Shown one piece after another: positions 47,076 through 56,727 of a DNA stretch of 64,000 bases. Numbering within the stretch: the first letter of the stretch is position 1; each line of letters starts with the position of its first letter. The stretch is from Candidatus Dojkabacteria bacterium (GTDB lineage Bacteria > Patescibacteriota > Dojkabacteria > SC72). The notes under the pieces were generated by a model that was not told the origin of the DNA, ran no database searches, and saw nothing but the letters and a program-made list of their open reading frames with translations. The stretch covers positions 300,458 to 364,457 of the forward strand of contig JBMNHB010000001.1 of assembly GCA_050950145.1 (NCBI GenBank), given 5' to 3'. Position numbers and translations under genes: made by a program.

Positions 47076-49317
47076 TAAATTTTTTTGAGAAATTATCTCC
47101 TTCTTTTGTTATTACACACAATCTATGAAGAGCCCTTGTAATAGCAACATAGAGAAGTTTTATTGAAAGTAAATCATCTTTGTAATAATCAGAATTAGCA
47201 TCAGCAATTATTACCGAATCAAATTCTAATCCTTTAGCATTTTCAATAGGTAATATTAACAATCCTGTTCTATAATCATTCTCACTGTAGTTTACAACAT
47301 CTCTGTTGATTTCATCTTCATATGGCTTAAAAATCTCATATAGTTCTCTTGCGTGTTCTCTATTTCTTGCTAAAAGTGCACAGGTAACAGACCCTTTTTC
47401 AAAATATTCCTTTATCATCTCAATAATCTCTTTTACATCATTTTTATCCATATTCACAATGTCTTTATCTTTTTGCATAATTCTTACTTCTTCACCATGT
47501 CTTAGTACTGCTTCTGGTAAATCATATGATTTTGGAAAGTATTCTTTAAATATTTTGTTTGCAAACTCTACAATTTCAACAGTAGTTCTGTAACATTTCT
47601 GTAGCTGATGATATGATGTATCCTTTTTTGTATTCTCTTTTACAACTTCAAAAACTTCATTCCATGACTTAATGTAAAAAGGAGGAATTATTGATTGCGC
47701 AAGGTCTCCAGCTATTGTCATATTCCCATTCTTTGCAATTTTGGAGAGTGTAGCAAGTTGTACAAAACTCATATCTTGAGCCTCATCAATCATTATGTAA
47801 GCTCTCTCATACAATTTACTACCATATACTTTTAAGTGTAGGTATACCATAGGAGCTAGATCTTCAATTCTGTATGTACGAATTCTTCCACTATGTTTTA
47901 TCCCTTCAAGTGTATATTTAGAAATATCTTTTGAAATATATTTAGATTTAAAAAGGTTTTTGTAAAGCTGGTATATATTAGTTTCTCTCCTAAAGTATGC
48001 AAGAATCTTAGCTTTTATCTCCTCAGTGTTTTCTGTTCTAAGCTTAATATCTCCTTCTTTATACTTGTTGAATTTTTTTTGAGCAAAAGCATATTCTGTT
48101 GCTAGTGACACTCTCTCTATCATATCAATATCACTATACTCTTCTTTGAGTTGATGATATCTATCAGCTATCACTTCTGCCATGCTGCTTGGAATATTTT
48201 CTAGTAGATTCTCTTCAAAATCGTGGAAGTATTTATCTAAAATTTTGATAAACTCTCTAGAACCTTTAAATTCTTTGAATTCTAAATTTTCTTCTTCTGT
48301 AGAAACTGTGTAGTAGTCATCCCATTCTAGAATTTTCTTTGCCCAGAAAAGATATGTTAGCGTTTCAACCTTTCTTACCCCTAAGTTAGGTAAAACATCA
48401 GACACATAATCTATGAACATTTGGTTAGGGGCTATGATTAAGGAATTTGTTTCGTTGATTCTCTTTGGGTATGTGTAGAAGAGATATGCCAATCTGTGTA
48501 AGAGAATTGTAGTCTTCCCACTACCAGCAACTCCTTGTATAACAACAGGGAAATTAATATCTTCTCGTATAATATTGTTTTGTTGAGCTTGAATTGTTGC
48601 AACAATATCTTGTAGCTTTTTACCGATTCTTTCTTGAAGTTGTACTAAGAGAAATTCGTCAGCAGCAACATTTCCAGATTTAGCATCATATATTCCTCTT
48701 ATTCTTGCTCTTGATATTTGGAATTGTCTTTTTTGAATTAACTCTCCTTTTCTTTCTCCAATAGGGGCAATAAATGAAACATTTTTCTTAGGTCCAGAGT
48801 TTTGATAGTAAATATTAGCAATAGGGGATCTCCAGTCTGTAATTAGAGGTAAATGTGTATCTGCTTCTACCATTGCAAATTTGCCGATATATAGGTTGAG
48901 TGGTATTTTAGTTCTAGAATCGTCTGGTAAGAAAGAAATTTTTCCAAAATATGGAGAGTCAAGTGCCAAAAGCTGATTGTTAATTCTTTCAACAGTTATC
49001 TCTATTTGAGCAAGAATTTTATTATAAATACTTCTAGCAGCTTTCCTTTCGTCGGCATCACTCTCTGCTTCTATTTCTGCTATCTGTCTTTCAAGTTCTT
49101 CTTCTAATCTTTTGAGGTTAGGTAATAGGAAATCTAATCTTTCTTTTGTAAGAAGAGAGACTTTTTGTAAATGTGGGTATTCCTCTTCTTCTAAGGAGTT
49201 TTCGTATACTATCTTGCTGAAATCTACTACCTCCTCTATATCCTTGTATAGAGGGTTTAGATGTTTCTCAAAGGTTTGCATTTCGTTTTTGGCAGAAATT
49301 ACCCGCTCAGTATACAA
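47068..49317 (-). CDS. UvrD/HelD-like superfamily 1 DNA helicase with N-terminal coiled-coil domain
   Basis: Walker A 'GVAGSGKTTILLHRLAYL', 'IMIDEAQD' motif II, C-terminal 'LLYVAITRALHRL' motif VI. ~200-aa coiled-coil N-terminus as in HelD-type helicases. Confidence 0.8.
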   Translation of the reverse strand: MYTERVISAKNEMQTFEKHLNPLYKDIEEVVDFSKIVYENSLEEEEYPHLQKVSLLTKERLDFLLPNLKRLEEELERQIAEIEAESDADERKAARSIYNKILAQIEITVERINNQLLALDSPYFGKISFLPDDSRTKIPLNLYIGKFAMVEADTHLPLITDWRSPIANIYYQNSGPKKNVSFIAPIGERKGELIQKRQFQISRARIRGIYDAKSGNVAADEFLLVQLQERIGKKLQDIVATIQAQQNNIIREDINFPVVIQGVAGSGKTTILLHRLAYLFYTYPKRINETNSLIIAPNQMFIDYVSDVLPNLGVRKVETLTYLFWAKKILEWDDYYTVSTEEENLEFKEFKGSREFIKILDKYFHDFEENLLENIPSSMAEVIADRYHQLKEEYSDIDMIERVSLATEYAFAQKKFNKYKEGDIKLRTENTEEIKAKILAYFRRETNIYQLYKNLFKSKYISKDISKYTLEGIKHSGRIRTYRIEDLAPMVYLHLKVYGSKLYERAYIMIDEAQDMSFVQLATLSKIAKNGNMTIAGDLAQSIIPPFYIKSWNEVFEVVKENTKKDTSYHQLQKCYRTTVEIVEFANKIFKEYFPKSYDLPEAVLRHGEEVRIMQKDKDIVNMDKNDVKEIIEMIKEYFEKGSVTCALLARNREHARELYEIFKPYEDEINRDVVNYSENDYRTGLLILPIENAKGLEFDSVIIADANSDYYKDDLLSIKLLYVAITRALHRLCVITKEGDNFSKKFNV

Positions 49318-49347
49318 CTTTTTTCTTCTTTTGTCTAGAAATCTTGG

Positions 49348-49550
49348 AGGTCTGGCCTAGGTCTGCCCCATGTTAATCTATATTTAATCATCTATATTCC
49401 TTTCTTATATAAGTCTTTTTTGATAAAAATCTTTTTATTTTGTAAGAATTTTGGTCTAGGGAGACATAGGATATTGTAATTACTTAGTAGTAGGAGACCT
49501 TTTGGGTGGATTAAAAAGTTATGAATCAGGGGCAGACCTAGGCCAGGCCT
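49348..49550. mobile_element. MITE-like GC-rich element with ~22-bp terminal inverted repeats (copy 1)
   Basis: Left end aggtctggcctaggtctgccccatgttaa. Right end aaaagttatgaatcaggggcagacctaggccaggcct, which is its reverse complement at 19/20. AT-rich ~140-bp interior. Second copy at 61932..62137. Confidence 0.6.
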
Positions 49551-49575
49551 GGTGTGGTTGTGGTATGATGTAAAT

Positions 49576-50136
49576 ATGAGTGGACAGTTGAAATTTCTTT
49601 TGACTTTGGTTGTACTTGTTGGCCTCTTTCTCTTTTTACAAGAGAAGTTTAGTTTTTTGGATATCTCAATCACAGAAAATTCTTCTAAGGTAGAAGAACA
49701 GAAAGAAAATAATTCAAAGAAGGAAAGTAGTGAAGAAAAAAAAGACTATGTAGATATATATATGGAAGAAGGTAAGAGTGTAAAAGTTAATGTAGAAGTT
49801 GCTAATACTGAGATAGAAAGAAGGAATGGTCTCTCAAATAGACAATATCTAGGAGATTATGATGGAATGTGGTTTATCTTTGATGAAGATGTAAAGAATT
49901 CTTTTTGGATGAAAGATATGCTAATTCCTTTAGATATTATTTTTGTTGATTCTAGTGGTTTTATTGTGGATATAAAGGAGAATAATGCTTCTTGTACTGA
50001 TTCATATTGTCCCAACATAATTTCATCAACAAGTTATAGATATGTACTTGAAGTTAATGGAAATTTTTGTCAGGAGAATGGTGTAGAAGTAGGTCATAGT
50101 ATAACCGCACACATTAGTTCAGATAATCCTGTATAA
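49576..50136 (+). CDS. DUF192 (COG1430) secreted protein
   Basis: 'DYDGMWFIFDEDVKNSFWMKDMLIPLDIIFVDSSGFIV...YVLEVNGNF' matches DUF192. ATG at 49576 preferred over the track GTG at 49552, which lies inside the repeat element. Confidence 0.55.
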   Translation: MSGQLKFLLTLVVLVGLFLFLQEKFSFLDISITENSSKVEEQKENNSKKESSEEKKDYVDIYMEEGKSVKVNVEVANTEIERRNGLSNRQYLGDYDGMWFIFDEDVKNSFWMKDMLIPLDIIFVDSSGFIVDIKENNASCTDSYCPNIISSTSYRYVLEVNGNFCQENGVEVGHSITAHISSDNPV

Positions 50137-50144
50137 TAGTAGCT

Positions 50145-50804
50145 ATGATTAATTCATTAATAGATTGGTTAGTAAATTTAATTAACTCTGTTGGATATTG
50201 GGGTGTTGGTTTAGCAATGTTTATTGAAAGTTTTTTTGCTCCCATACCAAGTGAAATAATCCTTCCTTTTTCTGGTTTTGTAGCATCTCAAGGTACATTG
50301 AATATTGTTTTAGTGATAATAATCGCTACTTTTTCTGCATATCTTGGTTCCCTTCCTTTCTATTTAGTAGGTAGATGGGGAGAAAAGTCAGTAATGAAAT
50401 TTCTGAATAAATATGGGAAATATCTCTTTATATCTAAAACAGATCTGAATAAAGGATTTACTGCTTTTGAAAAGTATGGAAATGGAATTGTTTTACTTGG
50501 AAGAGTTATTCCAATTGTTCGTACAGTTATTTCTTTTCCTGCAGGTGTTGCAAAGATGAACTTCTTTGTTTTTTCTATGTATACACTAGTAGGTACTGCT
50601 ATTTGGTCAACCATACTAGCTCTTGCAGGATACTTTTTAGGTTCTAAATGGGAAATTGTTTCAGAATATGTTGCTAAGTATGAAAAAATTATATTAATAA
50701 TTTTAATACTAGTAGCTGTTTGGTATGTTGCTAGAGGTATTATTAATATGAGAAAAGATTCAACTAAACTAAAGGCAAAAGACTCTTCCCAGTCATCTCA
50801 CTAG
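50145..50804 (+). CDS. DedA/TVP38 family membrane protein, copy 2
   Basis: 'GYWGVGLAMFIESFFAPIPSEIILPFSGF' and 'LLGRVIPIVRTVISFPAGVAKMN' DedA motifs. Confidence 0.7.
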   Translation: MINSLIDWLVNLINSVGYWGVGLAMFIESFFAPIPSEIILPFSGFVASQGTLNIVLVIIIATFSAYLGSLPFYLVGRWGEKSVMKFLNKYGKYLFISKTDLNKGFTAFEKYGNGIVLLGRVIPIVRTVISFPAGVAKMNFFVFSMYTLVGTAIWSTILALAGYFLGSKWEIVSEYVAKYEKIILIILILVAVWYVARGIINMRKDSTKLKAKDSSQSSH

Positions 50805-52293
50805 GTTTACTAATTCCCATTATCTGCAGTATTGTTGGTGCAATATCTCTTAATGCTCCGTATGGAAGAAGTTGTGGTTTGTAATCACTTCCTACGATTA
50901 TAAATGGAACAGGGTTTATTGAATGTTCAGTATCCATACTACCATCATCAACATTTAACATCTCTTCTACATTCCCATGATCTGCTGTTATCACAACAAC
51001 ACCACCCAATGCAGTAAAACTATTTACTAATTCTTTGACACAGAAATCAACAATCTTAACTGCCTTAATTCCTGCTTCTAGGTTCCCAGTGTGTCCAACC
51101 ATGTCAGCATTTGCAAAATTAGCAACAATCAAATCATATGTTCGTCTCTGTATCCTATCAAGCAATATTGTTGTAATCTCTAATGCACTCATTTCTGGTT
51201 TTTGATCATATGTAGTAACCTTTGGAGAAGGAATAATAATACGATCTTCTTTATTATAGATAACGGGTGTTCCTCCGTTAAAGAAATATGTAACATGAGG
51301 GAATTTTTCTGTTTCTGCAATTCTTAACTGAGTTCTTTCTTCTGCATCAATAACATTACCAAGTGTAAGATTAATATATTGTTTTGGGAAAATAATTTTT
51401 TCAGGGAAGTTTTTCCTATATTCCACCATACTTGCAACAAAAAGATTAGGTATTTTTTTTCTAAAAAAACCAGTGAAATTATCAGAAATTAATGCCTCAG
51501 TTAATTGAATCATCCTATCTGATCTGAAATTCATTAAAATCACAACATCATTTTCTTTTATATTGCTCTTATTAATGACAGCAGGTTCTATAAACTCATC
51601 TGTTATGTTTTGTGAATAATTATGTTGTATAGCTGTATGACAATTGGGAAATTCTGCCCCCAAATTCTTTTCAAGAAGATAGTATGCTCTTTCAGTTCTG
51701 TCCCACTTATTATTCCTATCCATACCATAGAATCTACCGATGATAGTACCAATTTGACCCATCCCTCTATCCATACAATATTTATCAATATCAGCAAGGT
51801 AAGAAGCTGCTGCATTTACTGCAGTATCCCTTCCATCTGTAAATACATGAATAAATACTCTATTTGGGAAATTATATTTAGAGAAAAAGTCAATTACTGC
51901 TTTGAAATGATCAATATGAGAATGTACAGCACCATCACTAAGAAGACCTACAAGGTGAATATCTCCTCCATATTTGTGAGCATGAGCAAAAGCTTCCTTT
52001 AGTGTATTGTTTTGATAGATTAAACCTTTTTCAATTGAATTGTTTATTCTAGGTAGATTTTGGCTTACAGTTCTGCCTGCTCCAATGTTTAAATGACCCA
52101 CCTCACTATTACCTTTAATATTTTTTGGTAAACCGACATGTTCTCCTGAAGCGATTAAGTAGGTTCGTGGAGATGAGCTCCAAAGAGAGACAAGGGTTGT
52201 AGGATTGGCCTGTACAACAGCATTTCCAGGGCTAAGAGGTGCAGCTCCTAAACCATCTAAAATTAGTAACAAAACTTTCTTCTTTTTACTCAT
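50764..52293 (-). CDS. gpmI: 2,3-bisphosphoglycerate-independent phosphoglycerate mutase, divergent copy 2
   Basis: 'LILDGLG', 'NSEVGHLNIGAG', 'HLVGLLSDGAVHSHIDH', 'ADHGNVEEM'. About 45% identity to copy 1 by eye. Confidence 0.85.
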   Translation of the reverse strand: MSKKKKVLLLILDGLGAAPLSPGNAVVQANPTTLVSLWSSSPRTYLIASGEHVGLPKNIKGNSEVGHLNIGAGRTVSQNLPRINNSIEKGLIYQNNTLKEAFAHAHKYGGDIHLVGLLSDGAVHSHIDHFKAVIDFFSKYNFPNRVFIHVFTDGRDTAVNAAASYLADIDKYCMDRGMGQIGTIIGRFYGMDRNNKWDRTERAYYLLEKNLGAEFPNCHTAIQHNYSQNITDEFIEPAVINKSNIKENDVVILMNFRSDRMIQLTEALISDNFTGFFRKKIPNLFVASMVEYRKNFPEKIIFPKQYINLTLGNVIDAEERTQLRIAETEKFPHVTYFFNGGTPVIYNKEDRIIIPSPKVTTYDQKPEMSALEITTILLDRIQRRTYDLIVANFANADMVGHTGNLEAGIKAVKIVDFCVKELVNSFTALGGVVVITADHGNVEEMLNVDDGSMDTEHSINPVPFIIVGSDYKPQLLPYGALRDIAPTILQIMGISKPSEMTGKSLLPLV

Positions 52294-52384
52294 AGGCAGA
52301 TTATCATATATATTGTGGCATATTTTTCATTTTTATTCTATAATCATCTCTAGCATTTCAAATTAAATATTTTTAGTACAGATT

Positions 52385-52915
52385 ATGGATAACAATATAT
52401 TGAAAAAAATAGAAGAAGATTCTTACAAAAAAAGACCTGATGTAGAGGTTGGAGATACAGTTAAGTTACATTTAAGAATTAAAGAAGGGAATAAGGAGAG
52501 AACACAGATTTTTCAAGGTGTTGTTATCTCAATTAAAGGAACAGGTTTAAGTAAGAATATTGTAGTAAGAAAGATATCATATGGGGTTGGTGTAGAGAAG
52601 ATTATTCCACTACATGCACCTGTGTTATTGAAAGTAGAAGTTGTTAAAAGAGGGAAGGTTAGAAGAGCAAAGTTGTTCTATCTTAGAGAAAGGGAAGGAA
52701 GAAGGGCATTGAAGGTAAGCGGTGTAAAGGATGTGTATATGACAGATGAGGTAGAAGTACCAGTTGAAGGTGAAGAAGAGCTTGTGGAGTCATCTGAGGA
52801 AGCTGAAGTTGTTAAAGAAGAAGTTATTGAAGAGGAAGTTAAGGAAGAAAAAGAAACAGCTGAAGAAGTGAAAGAGAAAAAGGAAGAAGATAAAGAAGAA
52901 CAAAAGAAAGAATAG
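52385..52915 (+). CDS. rplS: 50S ribosomal protein L19 with ~60-aa acidic/Lys-rich C-terminal extension
   Basis: '[33 protein letters not shown]', '[11 protein letters not shown]'. Confidence 0.85.
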   Translation: MDNNILKKIEEDSYKKRPDVEVGDTVKLHLRIKEGNKERTQIFQGVVISIKGTGLSKNIVVRKISYGVGVEKIIPLHAPVLLKVEVVKRGKVRRAKLFYLREREGRRALKVSGVKDVYMTDEVEVPVEGEEELVESSEEAEVVKEEVIEEEVKEEKETAEEVKEKKEEDKEEQKKE

Positions 52916-52923
52916 AGCTACTT

Positions 52924-52996
52924 GCAGGGGTAGTTCAATGGTTAGAATATCTGTTTTCCAAACAGAGGGTTGCGGGTTCGAGTCCCGTCCCCTGCT
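52924..52996 (+). tRNA. tRNA-Gly (anticodon TCC), no encoded CCA
   Basis: GCAGGGGTAGTTCAATGGTTAGAATATCTGTTTTCCAAACAGAGGGTTGCGGGTTCGAGTCCCGTCCCCTGCT. With the standard single N26 the loop is TTTCCAA (anticodon UCC) and the discriminator U73 fits Gly. A 1-nt register shift would read CCA (Trp). Confidence 0.7.
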
Positions 52997-53069
52997 TTTC
53001 CTACATTTTTAAAAGAGAGTAACACTTAGTAAGAACTAAGGTGTTAATTATCTACAAAATGTAATATAA

Positions 53070-53636
53070 TTGAACATGAAGAATGTTGATGTACCAATGT
53101 GGGATAAAGGAGATAGTACTGATAACTTTGCAAAAGGTGGAGGTAGATCATCATTAAAATTTGATGATATCGTTAAAGAAGATAAAAAGATTATTGGATT
53201 GTTCAAATTAATACTAGGTAGAAAACCTTCAACACGAGAATCAGCATATTACAGAATTAGTAGGGCAAGTAAAGAAAATATTACAGAAAAACTAATTAAT
53301 AGTGAAGAACATAAAGAATTGATAGTTTCTGCTCAAAAGTATCCAGAAGTTCTAAAAGAAAAAAAACAATTAGAATCTACAGTTTTAAAACTAAAAAGTA
53401 ATATTGAAGATAGTGGGAAGGAGTTTGAAGAATTAAAGAAACTTTTAGAGGAAAAGAATAGAACTATTAGAGATCTTAGAGAAGAAAAAGACAAACCTTA
53501 TTTAACAAAGAAAGAACTTATAGAGGAATCAAACATATATTATTCAAAATTTTCTGAAAGAACACCTACTAAAAAATCATACAATGTTAACGATCAATCT
53601 CTGTGGGATAGAATACTAAAACTATTTTTTAAGTAA
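53070..53636 (+). CDS. DUF4214-like / coiled-coil hypothetical protein
   Basis: 'IIGLFKLILGRKPSTRESAYY' resembles the DUF4214 motif. Coiled-coil C-half. Confidence 0.35.
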   Translation: MNMKNVDVPMWDKGDSTDNFAKGGGRSSLKFDDIVKEDKKIIGLFKLILGRKPSTRESAYYRISRASKENITEKLINSEEHKELIVSAQKYPEVLKEKKQLESTVLKLKSNIEDSGKEFEELKKLLEEKNRTIRDLREEKDKPYLTKKELIEESNIYYSKFSERTPTKKSYNVNDQSLWDRILKLFFK

Positions 53637-53643
53637 AGAAATC

Positions 53644-53847
53644 ATGACTAGTAAAAAACTTGGAGAAAGATTAAAAAAGGCCAGGGAAGATAAAAAATTA
53701 ACACAAAGAGAGTTAGCTATAAAGGTAGGACTTTCAGATAAATCTATTAGTATCTACGAAAAAGGTAAAGTATATCCACCAATAAGAAATCTCCTTATGT
53801 TATCTAAAGAATTAGGTGTTGATATCTCCAAACTTCTAACTGACTAA
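53644..53847 (+). CDS. XRE-family helix-turn-helix transcriptional regulator
   Basis: 'KKLTQRELAIKVGLSDKSISIYEKGKVYPPIRNLLMLSKELGVDISKLL' is a Cro/C1-type HTH. Confidence 0.7.
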   Translation: MTSKKLGERLKKAREDKKLTQRELAIKVGLSDKSISIYEKGKVYPPIRNLLMLSKELGVDISKLLTD

Positions 53848-54431
53848 TTTGGTGGTGTTAACCATTTTTTTGCTTTCTCAGCTCCCTTTTTAGATAGTTT
53901 AATAATTACAAATATTAATACTCCTATTATTATTACTATTCCAAACGTCATTAGTATACTGATTATTTTGTATTCAGAACTTACAGGTTGAATAATAAGA
54001 TTTCCATCAAAGGTTAAGCTATCTGCAGTACTATTTGTGTAATTAGTGTCATGTTGCCAAGAAATAACAGAAACAGAGAGATTATATGTTCCGGGGTTTT
54101 CTGGCTTAACTACAGCTTTTACGGTATATGTTTCGCCTTCTTTCATTGCAATAAATCTTGCATGTTTCGGTCTTACATCTAGTGTAGGAGGATAGCTCCA
54201 AAGTATCTCAGTCTTTGGACTATCCATAAGAGGTTTAATATATAATGCATATGTTACACTTTTTCCAAATGGTGTTTGCTGTAGTCTCACAAGCTCTAAA
54301 TCAAAATATTTAGTATCCATAGTGTTCTCTTCTGTAGTTGTTGTTTCTAATTCAGTCTGTTGTGCAAAAACAGAAGTAGAAAAGAACATCAGGAACGAAA
54401 AGACAATTATTAGACTAACTATTTTTTTCAT
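53844..54431 (-). CDS. Secreted protein with C-terminal TM anchor (hypothetical)
   Basis: Signal peptide, beta-rich middle, C-terminal hydrophobic helix plus KK tail. Start overlaps the upstream gene (ATGA). Confidence 0.4.
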   Translation of the reverse strand: MKKIVSLIIVFSFLMFFSTSVFAQQTELETTTTEENTMDTKYFDLELVRLQQTPFGKSVTYALYIKPLMDSPKTEILWSYPPTLDVRPKHARFIAMKEGETYTVKAVVKPENPGTYNLSVSVISWQHDTNYTNSTADSLTFDGNLIIQPVSSEYKIISILMTFGIVIIIGVLIFVIIKLSKKGAEKAKKWLTPPN

Positions 54432-54847
54432 TTAAGGATCTTGTTAATACTAAATTTATATATGTTGAAAACATTTATCGCTTCCTCTTGATCTATATCA
54501 TAATCATTATGAACAATATCATTTCTTATCTTATGAACACTCCATAATTCATCTAATTCTTTTCTTTTAAAAATAGAACTTGATTTTTTTAAGTTATCAC
54601 CACAGGTATTTGTATTATTAAAGTAGTACTGTAAAGATTTTGTTAAAAGATTATCTAATTTTATAACGGAATCGCGTCTAACAGAACTATCCAGACTTTG
54701 TATATGTATCTCTAACTCTTTCAATTTATTAAGTATCTCAACCTTTCTTGAAGTGTCAATTTTTTTATTTGCAAAAGATACAGCAAGAAAAAGTACTACT
54801 ATTAACAGAAGAATTACAATTGTCATTGTTATACTTGTTGTTTGCAT
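54428..54847 (-). CDS. Small N-terminally anchored membrane protein (hypothetical)
   Basis: 139 aa with an N-terminal TM helix. 4-nt overlap with the downstream gene and 19-nt overlap with the upstream gene suggest an operon. Confidence 0.4.
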   Translation of the reverse strand: MQTTSITMTIVILLLIVVLFLAVSFANKKIDTSRKVEILNKLKELEIHIQSLDSSVRRDSVIKLDNLLTKSLQYYFNNTNTCGDNLKKSSSIFKRKELDELWSVHKIRNDIVHNDYDIDQEEAINVFNIYKFSINKILK

Positions 54848-56727
54848 TTCAACTTTTTAATGGTTTTAAATAATAGATATGATAACAGCAGAACAACAGA
54901 AAAGAAAATAAGTGAGAGAATTTTAGAAAGAATTGTTATATATTTTGGTGTACTATTAGGTAAATCTAATTTCATTGTAATATTTTCAGATATTCCAGTA
55001 AGATTACTAACACTTCCTGTTATGAATAATTTATTGGAATTCATCTTTTCAAATGGAATATTCAATTGTATATTATGATTTTGTTTTGGAAGTAGGAGTT
55101 TTGATGTTGTATTATTTACACTATCAATGTATTGAGAAATTTTTCTTAAATTAGATTTATCTAGCTTTATACTTGAGATTGCTATATTCCCATTATTTAA
55201 TATATCTATATCTGCTCTTATATATTTCTTCGTTATGTCGTAATCATCCATTGATAAATTTGTTTTTACTAACAAGCTTCTCTCCTTAAAGTCTTTATTA
55301 TCTAGCTCTACCAAGAAATCATTAGGTGTATAAAAAGTAAGAGTTGGTGACATAGGGTTCTTTCCTCTTCTTAGTATTGCTATATGATCAGCAAGTTCAT
55401 TGTTAAATAGGTTTTGCTTTCTATACTTTTCCATAAAAGGATCTACTGAAACCCATTCTGATTTTGTAATATCATAATATTCAACCCAATAGTGATAGAA
55501 TCCATCAGTTGTGTATCCTGATATATTTGAGACATATCCTAGAACCATTCTACTTGGTATAGAGAAATACCTTAGTAAAGCGATATAGAAGTCTGCAAAA
55601 TTAACAGGTGTTAGAGACGTACTGTTCCTTATAATAGAACTTATACTACTCCTGGTAGATTCAATTTGACCAAGTTTTATATCATCATTATAGTCTAATC
55701 TATATATGACATACTGGTATAGATATTTATAGAAAATTTCTTTCTCTTTTTCTTTCAGTAAAGTAATATCTTTAGCATTCTCATTAATAACCAATCCTTT
55801 ATCTTTCATAAAATTCAAAACTCTTTGTATTTCAACTGTATCAATCATTTCCCAGTATCCAATCTTTTTGGTTAAAACTTCTTTAGGTTGAGTGTTATGG
55901 GAATTTACTTCTTTTTGAATAAAACCAGTTATATGGCAATCAAGTGTTTTATTTGGTTCTACCATATAACTAAAAATGTAATTTCCATCATCATCTGTTA
56001 TAGAGGAGGTGGGGAGTGGGGATATCTCTTCCCAAATTATCGCTTGGAATTCAGAATCCATAGGTAATATTAATTCAAAAGTTTGAATTTGGTCTGTTGT
56101 ATTTGTGAAAACTCTGTTAACAGTAAATTTATACTGTATTCCATTTGAGAAAAATATGTATACCTCTGGATTTTTAGGTTCTTTAAATGTCACTTTATAT
56201 AGATTGTTTTCTAGTTCTTTATTTTGGATATTTTCGGAAGCCCAAGAAAATTCTCCTTTTTCTTTAGGGTATTTTACTATTACTTCTTTAGTGGTTGCAT
56301 CCAGAACTTTTGATTGTAAATTATAGGCAATTTCATTAGTGTTTGGGGTTGTATAGACAATTGTAATTTCAAAAGGAGATTCAGGAGTTATGACTCTATT
56401 TTTTAAATCAAACTGAATATCTGTAACTGAGGTTCTAATATATCTATCACATTTTATCTCCTCTGTTCCGTTTATGTAACATTTAGGGTTGATATTCTTA
56501 ACTTGTAAAGAAGTAGTGTATATTGAGAGAACTCTTGTTCTATCTGTTGTTAACTGTAAGGTAAGAGTGGTATTTACTTTATCTTCTTTTATTGTATGAA
56601 CAAAATATGAGTTAACATAAAATTCATCTTCTTGTGCTAATAGAGGGGTAATTGAAATAAAAAAGAATGGAACAAAAAGACTAATAAGTGACAGAATTCT
56701 CTTTAAATAACCACTTAAATTTCTCAT
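54829..56727 (-). CDS. Large secreted protein with transglutaminase-like (possibly non-catalytic) domain and C-terminal TM
   Basis: 'NFADFYIALLRYFSIPSRMVLGYV...DGFYHYWVEYYDITKSEWVSVDP' follows the TGase-core pattern (His, Asp present). The expected catalytic Cys position reads Asn. Confidence 0.4.
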   Translation of the reverse strand: MRNLSGYLKRILSLISLFVPFFFISITPLLAQEDEFYVNSYFVHTIKEDKVNTTLTLQLTTDRTRVLSIYTTSLQVKNINPKCYINGTEEIKCDRYIRTSVTDIQFDLKNRVITPESPFEITIVYTTPNTNEIAYNLQSKVLDATTKEVIVKYPKEKGEFSWASENIQNKELENNLYKVTFKEPKNPEVYIFFSNGIQYKFTVNRVFTNTTDQIQTFELILPMDSEFQAIIWEEISPLPTSSITDDDGNYIFSYMVEPNKTLDCHITGFIQKEVNSHNTQPKEVLTKKIGYWEMIDTVEIQRVLNFMKDKGLVINENAKDITLLKEKEKEIFYKYLYQYVIYRLDYNDDIKLGQIESTRSSISSIIRNSTSLTPVNFADFYIALLRYFSIPSRMVLGYVSNISGYTTDGFYHYWVEYYDITKSEWVSVDPFMEKYRKQNLFNNELADHIAILRRGKNPMSPTLTFYTPNDFLVELDNKDFKERSLLVKTNLSMDDYDITKKYIRADIDILNNGNIAISSIKLDKSNLRKISQYIDSVNNTTSKLLLPKQNHNIQLNIPFEKMNSNKLFITGSVSNLTGISENITMKLDLPNSTPKYITILSKILSLIFFSVVLLLSYLLFKTIKKLKCKQQV

